Below, in pieces: positions 9,424 through 17,007 of a DNA stretch of 35,565 bases. The notes beneath the pieces are model-generated. The model searched no databases. It was given only the letters and a program-made list of their open reading frames with translations, and had not been told where the DNA came from. Origin of the DNA: Alteromonas sp. (GTDB lineage: Bacteria; Margulisbacteria; Marinamargulisbacteria; UBA6595). The position numbers and the translations under genes are program-made. The stretch is from the NCBI GenBank assembly GCA_964220215.1, contig CAXPTH010000009.1:1-35565 (forward strand), read 5' to 3'. Position 1 is the stretch's first letter. Every line of letters begins with the position of its first letter.

Positions 9424-12400
9424 TTAAAAATCCACCCGTGTTGTAATTATAACACCGCCCACATCGTAACTATTGGTTTCATTAATTTGGTCCACAACAC
9501 TTGAAAAATAACCGCTACCCGTAACCGTAATTTTGTCCACAAATTGGACGTTTGTTGGTACATTAATATCCACATTAACACTCATGTTTCGAACATAGTC
9601 TTCTCGATTTCGAATGGCAATATTGGTCACAACCCCCGCCCCGCTACGCAATGTATTTTGATCCAATGCATTAAAATCCTGGCCAGTTGTATAGAGCCAA
9701 TCCATGGTAACATCAACAGTAATAAATGGCTTCTTTTTGTATAATTTTATGTTTACCCCATGGGACTCCCCGGTTTTTGCCCCAGGATTGGCCGATGTTT
9801 CAGCCGTTTTGTAGCTGTAATCATAATCCACATCCATAAAAGACCACGGTCGCCATACAAATCCTGTTCGTCCAACGGTTTGGGAAAACAGCGCCGATCG
9901 CCGGCTGTTGGTATCCGCTGGACGATGCGTGCTTTCCTGCTTGGATAAGCGAGACCCTCCCGCTGTTAAGGATAGCCAGGATCGCCACCGCCAATCCAAA
10001 TCCGCACTGTACGCATCAGCATATTGCGCCAATTTTTCTTGATAGGTATTGGGCAATTGAAGATCCGATCGCGATACAACCGTATCGGGTTTGCTGTATT
10101 GCTCAATCCCATACCAGTTGCCCGATGTCTTTAGGTTCAGCCGCTGAGCGATTGGGGCCGCCACACTGAGCGATAAATCCCGATCCATATTTAGAAACGT
10201 TCCCCGTTTCTCGGTTGTCATACTGCGTGAAAAAAATTGTGTCTTTTGCCGCCAATCAATCTGAGTCCGAAACCGGTTATACGGCGATGCATTCACAGCG
10301 GCTTGAGTTTCCAACGCATCCGAATCATCCACAATGGTGGATTCCGTGCCCACCCGATCCACCGAAAGCGAATCGTATTGACTGATCGCCTTAGACCAGC
10401 GCACCGTCGCTGCAACTGGCCCCATGGGGATTCCAGCGACATGCACACTGCCGGGCGAAAACGATACCCGATGGGTGGTGTCCGTCGAATCGCGCACACT
10501 GGTGGTTTGGGCTATCTCGGCATTCTGACCATCGGGCTGATACTGCGTAAATGCCTCCGAATCCGTTTGTTGGTTATCAAATGCATACCCATACTCCCAA
10601 TACCGCCAAAACGATCGATTATACTTAAAAAAAACGTCTCCAGACAGATCTGTCGTTTGGCTGTGGGACCGCGATTCTGTTTGATCCCCTGTTTTCACCC
10701 GATTATTGGTATTTGACAGTAGGTTCTGGCCATTAATTTGCCGAATTGTCATAAATGAAACGGGTGAAAAATCACGATAGGTAAACGATAAGGTATCGGT
10801 GCGTGTGTCCATGAGCCGGTTGTTTTGTGTTTGTTCAAAAATACTGTAGCTACTCATCAGATTGGATCGCCGGAAAAGCTGAAACGATTGACTAATCCAA
10901 GGCTGGTTCAACGCCACCAGCATGGGGTACACTTCCAATCGATCGAGTTGATACACCTGCCGCTTTTCTTGACGCCCTTGTTGCCCCAAAACTGCACTTT
11001 CATACACTTTATCACGATACTGCAAATTAGTGTCCAACCAATAATATGGTTTGTAGGTTAATTTTCCGGTCACATCGGGTATGGTTTCTAAGTAGTTATT
11101 TTGACCATTTCGAGTCTGTATGGCATCAATAATGGAGTCCAATTGAATGCGCATGGCGGCATTGGGGTTTACCACACTGAGAAACTTTTTCGTATTGACT
11201 TCACGACTGTTGCTGGACGTTTTTAGTGCTTGTTTGGTGTGACTGCGTGCATAAATACCCGTGAGATTAACCGAATCCATCCACCAGACATTGGATTGGG
11301 TGTACACGGTTTTAATGTCGTATTGATCCGAATAACTAGCTTGATCTTGAGCCGCATCGATTCTGGATGATTGTTGGGTATTGAGGCTTGTTTTTAAATA
11401 CTCTGGCCCAAAGCCAATCTGGGCCTGATACCGATTCATGCGTTCATCAATTTTATAGTTTGTTGACGCAGGCTGGCGTTCTGTCGTGCGTTGGTGCTCA
11501 TATTGAAATTGCGTACGGATGCCACGCCATGCCCATTGATCCGAGCCCACAACAATCTGTTGGTTGTTGCTGTATACCGAATCATCATTCGAATGCGGCC
11601 GATACACCCGTCGAGTTTCCACTTTAGAAAACAAATTTTGATTGGCGCTCGGCGTGTAGTCGAGTCGGCTCCCCCATAACGTAGTTCCACTGGACTCTGT
11701 CATCGTACCCACGGGGTCAAACGTATTATCGATGGCTAAGGTATGCCCGGATACACGCACATGATCCGTCAGGCCATACTCCCCGCGCACTTTGTATGCG
11801 CCACTTTTCTGCGTCTGCCGAGATCCATCGCCTGCGTCATAATACCGGTACGCAATGTCCACCACATCGGCCGTTGAGACGCTTAGCGTTTGAAATTGAA
11901 AACTCCCTTGGATGTAGTTGATCGAATAATCGGAATTCCGATTCAAAATAGTCCCGGACGTTCCTGGTTTTCGAATTTGAATAACCTCGGACCCTTCCAC
12001 CAGATTACCATGTTCCAATTGATACCGTCCGTCGAAGCCCGGCTGCACATTGGTTTCTTCCTTGGGAATTTCCTTGCGTTGAAAATTGTTTTCTGCCAAC
12101 GCAACCTCAACGTCCAATTTACCACGATCCCCCCAATCATACCCCGCTGAAAAGCCATACGTTTTGTTGTCTAACATAGCACCCGATTCCAAATCTGTAG
12201 GGGTTTGGTAGTACAAATAAACAATCGTCCCCATCGGCAATATTTCCGTTAGATTTGACTGTTGTCTGGCCTCGCTATCGGAGCTTCTAAAAAACTGAAT
12301 GGTTAGTTTGTTACCCTCGTTTAAGTACTGAATATCATACGCATAAGCATTCAACTCAATGGCGTGCGGCGTCCCCGGATGAACCACCACGCGTTTAATA

Positions 12401-14172
12401 CTGTTGTAATTCACAGGCAACGCCGGCAGGGATAAGGCATCCCCCAAGACATCCGATGCAAAGACCACCGTTTGCCCACTGGCTTGGTTTAATCGCAAGA
12501 CTCCGATCATTTGTTGGGACGATCGATACTGGTAGGTCACCGAATAGGCCCCATTCAGGTTGTCTGCCCGAACAATCCCCGAATAGGCACTTAATGTATT
12601 CGAAGTAACGGAAACCAGATCGCCTCTGGCATTCGTCACCGCCACGGTACTCAGATCAATGGGGTTATGACTGAGCACCAATTGATTTTGAGACGCCACC
12701 ACGGTCTCCGTGACACTGGGGGCCTGGTAATCATCCGCACGCACAAATTCATTCATGTATGAGCTTTTAATGCGAAACCCCTGCTCCGTTTCATTGGCAT
12801 CCCCATACCGGGTGTGTTGGCGAATGGTATCGTATTGAATTGTAATGGTATCGGGGTGACGAATGGGATAAGCAAAATACACCTGTCCGGTGTAATAACT
12901 CACCGTGTAATCATACTGCTCCATCAGAACCCGGTTATTGAGCCGAATCGATACGGATCGAGGCACAATGTGCTGACTGGCCAAATAAAACGGGCCTTTA
13001 GCATCATTGGCAATAATTGTCTCCGTATGGGATTGGACATCGTAGTAATCGTACGCAATTTGAATCGTGTTTTGCGTGCTATTCACGGGGTGTTTAAGCC
13101 GCAATCGGCCATCGCGATAATCCAGGTCATAATCCACAATCCGCTCCAACGGCACAGGCACCTCCTGAGATGACGCTAGCACAACGGTTTCAGAACCCAC
13201 CACCGCATTCGTATGCGGCAGTGAAATCTCCGCCTCAGCCGGATATGTCGCTTGTGCACGATGAACCACCGGTTCTTGCCAACCGGCTCGTTTGGGCTTC
13301 CATTCAAACTCACCACCAATAAACGATTTTCGGCTTCGGGCCGCCGGCAAAAAATCGGCAATTGGGTTGGTAAATTCATACAACACTTTAATAAACTGAG
13401 CATCCGTTTTCGGAGCGTCAAAGATCACCGTTCCGGTGGTATAGTTCACGCTAAAATCGGATGTTTCCTGGTTGTTCACCAGCACTTTCACCGAGCCATT
13501 GAGCAAGTTGCGATTGGGAAGCGAGTACTCCGTACCCCCGTTGCCGTAAAATGTGACCCGTTTGGGCTTTGATTTTTCACGACCCATCACAAATTGACCC
13601 CACCACTGTGTGCCCACAGATCCATGCGCCGATATGCCGTTCAAGGATCGATTAAGATTTAAAAAGGCCCCGTTACTAAAGGCCGCTGAAAAATCCCCCA
13701 AAAAGATTTCAAGGGTTTTGTATTTCAACAAAATATCCGTAATCATGTCAAAATCGGGTTCCTTGGATACATGAAAGCGAATGGACATGTCCTCGCCATA
13801 CTGACCCGTCAAGGACAAGTCATACCGATTGTCATTGCGAAACGCCGTATTGGCGACCACATCGGGAGGCAATTGCTGGTAAGCATACGAATTCCGAATC
13901 ACCGACAACCGCGTCCCCGTGGCTGTTTGCGGACTTTGATTCCGTCGCATAAATTTTAATTCTAAAAACCCATCCACATCCACCACCATACGGGGGGCCA
14001 CTACCTGAACTGGCTCAACATAGTTACCCGGCACCGATACGGTATGAAGTTCATGGGGTGGCGCATAAACCGTGTCTGTGGTGGATTGGAGGGGCCCCAC
14101 CATCGACGGGATGACGGAACCCCAAACAGATCCCAATAGAATTAACCCACACCCAATCGCAATTGTTTTCAT
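9424..14172 (-). CDS. Large secreted outer-membrane protein, SprA-like (repeated extracellular modules plus beta-barrel)
   Basis: N-terminal signal-like segment; about 6 repeats of L...N...GS..V...DY..xY..G...F...I.Y; long alternating beta-strand C-terminal half ending in Phe (TTRVDF). Confidence 0.65.
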   Translation of the reverse strand: MKTIAIGCGLILLGSVWGSVIPSMVGPLQSTTDTVYAPPHELHTVSVPGNYVEPVQVVAPRMVVDVDGFLELKFMRRNQSPQTATGTRLSVIRNSYAYQQLPPDVVANTAFRNDNRYDLSLTGQYGEDMSIRFHVSKEPDFDMITDILLKYKTLEIFLGDFSAAFSNGAFLNLNRSLNGISAHGSVGTQWWGQFVMGREKSKPKRVTFYGNGGTEYSLPNRNLLNGSVKVLVNNQETSDFSVNYTTGTVIFDAPKTDAQFIKVLYEFTNPIADFLPAARSRKSFIGGEFEWKPKRAGWQEPVVHRAQATYPAEAEISLPHTNAVVGSETVVLASSQEVPVPLERIVDYDLDYRDGRLRLKHPVNSTQNTIQIAYDYYDVQSHTETIIANDAKGPFYLASQHIVPRSVSIRLNNRVLMEQYDYTVSYYTGQVYFAYPIRHPDTITIQYDTIRQHTRYGDANETEQGFRIKSSYMNEFVRADDYQAPSVTETVVASQNQLVLSHNPIDLSTVAVTNARGDLVSVTSNTLSAYSGIVRADNLNGAYSVTYQYRSSQQMIGVLRLNQASGQTVVFASDVLGDALSLPALPVNYNSIKRVVVHPGTPHAIELNAYAYDIQYLNEGNKLTIQFFRSSDSEARQQSNLTEILPMGTIVYLYYQTPTDLESGAMLDNKTYGFSAGYDWGDRGKLDVEVALAENNFQRKEIPKEETNVQPGFDGRYQLEHGNLVEGSEVIQIRKPGTSGTILNRNSDYSINYIQGSFQFQTLSVSTADVVDIAYRYYDAGDGSRQTQKSGAYKVRGEYGLTDHVRVSGHTLAIDNTFDPVGTMTESSGTTLWGSRLDYTPSANQNLFSKVETRRVYRPHSNDDSVYSNNQQIVVGSDQWAWRGIRTQFQYEHQRTTERQPASTNYKIDERMNRYQAQIGFGPEYLKTSLNTQQSSRIDAAQDQASYSDQYDIKTVYTQSNVWWMDSVNLTGIYARSHTKQALKTSSNSREVNTKKFLSVVNPNAAMRIQLDSIIDAIQTRNGQNNYLETIPDVTGKLTYKPYYWLDTNLQYRDKVYESAVLGQQGRQEKRQVYQLDRLEVYPMLVALNQPWISQSFQLFRRSNLMSSYSIFEQTQNNRLMDTRTDTLSFTYRDFSPVSFMTIRQINGQNLLSNTNNRVKTGDQTESRSHSQTTDLSGDVFFKYNRSFWRYWEYGYAFDNQQTDSEAFTQYQPDGQNAEIAQTTSVRDSTDTTHRVSFSPGSVHVAGIPMGPVAATVRWSKAISQYDSLSVDRVGTESTIVDDSDALETQAAVNASPYNRFRTQIDWRQKTQFFSRSMTTEKRGTFLNMDRDLSLSVAAPIAQRLNLKTSGNWYGIEQYSKPDTVVSRSDLQLPNTYQEKLAQYADAYSADLDWRWRSWLSLTAGGSRLSKQESTHRPADTNSRRSALFSQTVGRTGFVWRPWSFMDVDYDYSYKTAETSANPGAKTGESHGVNIKLYKKKPFITVDVTMDWLYTTGQDFNALDQNTLRSGAGVVTNIAIRNREDYVRNMSVNVDINVPTNVQFVDKITVTGSGYFSSVVDQINETNSYDVGGVIITTRVDF

Positions 14173-14270
14173 ACCATCAATTGTACGTTTACTTGATTGG
14201 CCACAACTAGCTATTAGTATACACGGAGCCGCATGTTTGTTGAACCCAACCTATGCTACACTAGTAGCCC

Positions 14271-14963
14271 ATGACAATAAAATTGGCAATGCTCAACCAG
14301 AAACCCGCCATTTTTTATACCCTTCAAGGCGAAGGCCCTTACGCTGGAACCCCTGCGGTATTTGTGCGAACAGCGCTATGCAACCTGGCCTGTACGTGGT
14401 GCGACACCCCCTATACATGGGATTGGAACCGATACCCTAAAGCCACGCACGTTGGGTCATTCTCAATTTCAAGTGTCTGCGAGACCATTCAGACCTACAC
14501 CCCCCGCCATATTGTATTAACGGGTGGTGAACCCTTGTTGCAACAACCGGCCCTGGTGTCCCTACTCACCCAGTTGAGCCCGGGGCCCACGATTGAAATT
14601 GAAACCAACGGCACAAAGCCCCCAATGCCTGAGCTGGACGCCGCCATCCATGCGTACAATGTATCGCTCAAATTACCCAATTCTGGGCAACCGCATACCC
14701 AATGCATCATCCCAGAGTCTGTGGATTATTTTGCAAAAAATCCGAAAGCCTTTTTTAAATTTGTTGTTCAATCCCCATCGGATATAGACACCATTCTGGA
14801 TTTAGCTGCCACGTATGGCATACCCAATGACCGCATTGGACTAATGCCCGAGGGAACGGATTCCACAAGCATTCACGTCGCTAGCCCTTGGGTCATTCAA
14901 GCCTGCTTGCATCATACGTTTCGGTTTTTGGATCGATTGCATATTCATGTTGATATCGCATAA
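14271..14963 (+). CDS. queE: 7-carboxy-7-deazaguanine synthase (radical SAM)
   Basis: IFYTLQGEG, FVR, CNLACTWCDT (CxxxCxxC), LTGGEP, IETNGT, SLKL.NSG, RLH. Confidence 0.88.
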   Translation: MTIKLAMLNQKPAIFYTLQGEGPYAGTPAVFVRTALCNLACTWCDTPYTWDWNRYPKATHVGSFSISSVCETIQTYTPRHIVLTGGEPLLQQPALVSLLTQLSPGPTIEIETNGTKPPMPELDAAIHAYNVSLKLPNSGQPHTQCIIPESVDYFAKNPKAFFKFVVQSPSDIDTILDLAATYGIPNDRIGLMPEGTDSTSIHVASPWVIQACLHHTFRFLDRLHIHVDIA

Positions 14964-15228
14964 ACATCCAAATTAACAACAAATATTGAATAAACACGAC
15001 CCCCCGTGGTGTTACAAATACACTGAGCATGCCATAGCCCGGGGCAACCGGATTGGGTTCGATAACGCATTCAAAATACCCATGGTCCACATAGACCGAT
15101 CGTGGAATATACTCAGCATTGGTAATTCCCATGTGATACAAAGACTGAACCAGCCACGGTCCATCCAGTTGCAGTGCTTTTGACACATCCCATATCGTTA
15201 ATCGAGTCATAGACTTTATGTATACCAT
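14893..15228 (-). CDS. Stand-alone phage antirepressor C-terminal (KilAC/ANT-like) domain protein
   Basis: TIWDVSKAL...L...L..MG.....IP..VYVDHGYFE...VFVTPRGVVFI resembles the KilAC pattern (AK.L...P.Q.Y.D.G.FE...VT.KG...I). Start may be ATG 15210. Confidence 0.6.
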   Translation of the reverse strand: MVYIKSMTRLTIWDVSKALQLDGPWLVQSLYHMGITNAEYIPRSVYVDHGYFECVIEPNPVAPGYGMLSVFVTPRGVVFIQYLLLIWMFMRYQHEYAIDPKTETYDASRLE

Positions 15229-15380
15229 GCCCCTGCGCTTCTAATTCTAGTTGAACGCCATTATGCCGGCCATTCATTTTCAACATAATTGGTCATAAAA
15301 AATAAAAATAAAATTGAAAAAAAAGCATTTTTTTAAAAAAGTGTTTTTTTTGTGTCAAAAGAGAGTCAAACTAAAAAAAG

Positions 15381-15410
15381 TTGCGATTTTTTTAACATTG
15401 TCTTTATAAT
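15381..15410 (+). promoter_or_regulatory. Sigma70-type promoter, probably leaderless, for the XRE gene
   Basis: TTGCGA (15381-86), 18 nt, TATAAT (15405-10), 7 nt, ATG 15418; no SD. Confidence 0.65.
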
Positions 15411-15417
15411 TGAAGCT

Positions 15418-15846
15418 ATGAGTTGGCAGGCATTTCTTAAATCAATACTAAAATCGTATAACTTAACCCCCAAATTACTGGCCACCTCCCATCAAGTCAG
15501 CGTGTCGTATATTTATCATATGCTGAATGAAAAAAAAACATCGGGCTCCTACAAAAAAACCGTCGAGCTGGTTCGATTTTTGCGGGCCCACGGCGTTCGC
15601 CAAGATTTATTAGCCAACTTGGTTCGTTTAATTATTGTTGAGAAAAAAAAATCCAAAGAAATTGATAAATTGGAACTGTATTACAGTTCATTGGTGCGTG
15701 AGCCAATGCCAGACACAACCAACGACCCAACCTCCCACATCGATGCCTATATCCACGAAAACATACGGCCCCTAAGGCTCAGTGAAAAAAAGCAAATTGT
15801 TATGCAAATTAATCAGTTTTTGCTTAATGCACAGGAGTCTCATTAA
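15418..15846 (+). CDS. XRE/Cro-CI-like helix-turn-helix protein
   Basis: LKSILKSYNLTPKLLATSHQVSVSYIYHMLNEKK fits an XRE-type HTH. ATG 15418 preferred over GTG 15352. Confidence 0.7.
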   Translation: MSWQAFLKSILKSYNLTPKLLATSHQVSVSYIYHMLNEKKTSGSYKKTVELVRFLRAHGVRQDLLANLVRLIIVEKKKSKEIDKLELYYSSLVREPMPDTTNDPTSHIDAYIHENIRPLRLSEKKQIVMQINQFLLNAQESH

Positions 15847-16216
15847 AGATACTCAAGACGGCGTCTTGAAGTTTATTTACATCGAATGGTTTGGTCAGAT
15901 TAAATACAAATTGTTGATTAATTTCAGCCTGATCTACGTTGGGAATATCCCGATCATAAAACGCTGAAATTAAAATGGCGGGTACTTTGGGATACAAAGA
16001 CCGAACACTGTCTCGCATAAACTCCAATCCAGAATTGGGGCCAATATGATAATCAACAATAAACCCATGGACCGTCGGCGTATTGACTAAATATTTATAA
16101 GCCGATTGCACGGACGTAAACGATCGAATCGAAAACAAATGCGAAATTGCAATTTCGATGCTCTCATTCACATAATCGTGATCATCAATAACAACCAAGT
16201 GCTTCTTCGTACTCAT
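15824..16216 (-). CDS. Single-domain response regulator (receiver/CheY-like)
   Basis: VVIDD, phospho-acceptor IVDY, SGLE, ILISA and TKPF all present; ATGA overlap with the upstream gene. Confidence 0.9.
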   Translation of the reverse strand: MSTKKHLVVIDDHDYVNESIEIAISHLFSIRSFTSVQSAYKYLVNTPTVHGFIVDYHIGPNSGLEFMRDSVRSLYPKVPAILISAFYDRDIPNVDQAEINQQFVFNLTKPFDVNKLQDAVLSIFNETPVH

Positions 16217-16740
16217 AGTTTTATGGGCGCACCACGCCTCTCTTCTTTGGGCTCAATATGCTGCTTCCATTTAATATCGGCCACGGACCGGTGATAGCTT
16301 CGAGAAATTCCAACAATGTAATACAAAATCAGCCGGGACTCATCATCTTTTGTATACTCTTTAATTTTATATTGATTGTCTTCACTGTAAACAACCAAAT
16401 AGCCCAACTTGGCGGCTTCATGAACAAAGGGACGAATGTATAAAAAATCATCTTTTTTTAACATAAACTCTGGATAATCATCCGAGGCTTGAATGTAAAT
16501 GGAGTGGGTATGACTCGCCACATGATAGGTGGGCGGCAAAAACGAATTGTCTAATAATTCATCAATTGAAATATGAAACAACTGAGAGATGCGTTTAATC
16601 ACATCACAACTAATGCCTTCCCAATACCCGTTATGAATTTTGGTAATTTGAGATCGTGAAATACCCATAAATCGAGACAATTCAAAATCAGACCACTTAA
16701 AAAACCGTTTTGTGGATTTCGTAATATCTTGTAAATTCAA
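16213..16740 (-). CDS. CI/LexA-like regulator: XRE HTH plus degenerate S24-like C-terminal domain
   Basis: WSDFELSRFMGISRSQITKIHNG...IKRISQLFHISIDELL is an HTH. LKKDDFLYIRP...LGYLVVY...YKIKEY resembles S24. TTG start with SD AAGGAGG (16753-16747) 6 nt upstream. Confidence 0.75.
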   Translation of the reverse strand: MNLQDITKSTKRFFKWSDFELSRFMGISRSQITKIHNGYWEGISCDVIKRISQLFHISIDELLDNSFLPPTYHVASHTHSIYIQASDDYPEFMLKKDDFLYIRPFVHEAAKLGYLVVYSEDNQYKIKEYTKDDESRLILYYIVGISRSYHRSVADIKWKQHIEPKEERRGAPIKL

Positions 16741-16858
16741 AAGACGCCTCCTTAAAAAAATTTAGAAACTAATGACAACCAAAATGGCCTAAAAAATAGC
16801 CCACATATTAAAAAAACAATATTAATGCTTTGCTGTGAGTTTACTTTATATTTAAATA

Positions 16859-16887
16859 ATTATACTGAAAATTATATTAAACACCAA
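16859..16887 (-). promoter_or_regulatory. Candidate sigma70 promoter for the CI-like/receiver operon
   Basis: Minus strand TTGGTG (16887-82), 17 nt, TATAAT (16864-59). The AT-rich context lowers specificity. Confidence 0.5.
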
Positions 16888-16894
16888 TTGCTTA

Positions 16895-16946
16895 AAAAAA
16901 TCAACACCAAAATACAACCCAAAAAATCAACACCAAAATACAACCC
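16895..16946. repeat. Perfect tandem duplication of 26 bp
   Basis: AAAAAATCAACACCAAAATACAACCC at 16895-16920 and 16921-16946. Confidence 0.95.
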
Positions 16947-17007
16947 AATGCCACCGTGTTGTGACTAGCCCAAAGCCGGACTCATCCATTACACTAATGA
17001 TTAAGTT

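Noticed and set aside
14893..16946. Intact prophage
   Set aside because: No integrase, replication, structural or lysis genes; flanked directly by queE and mutL.
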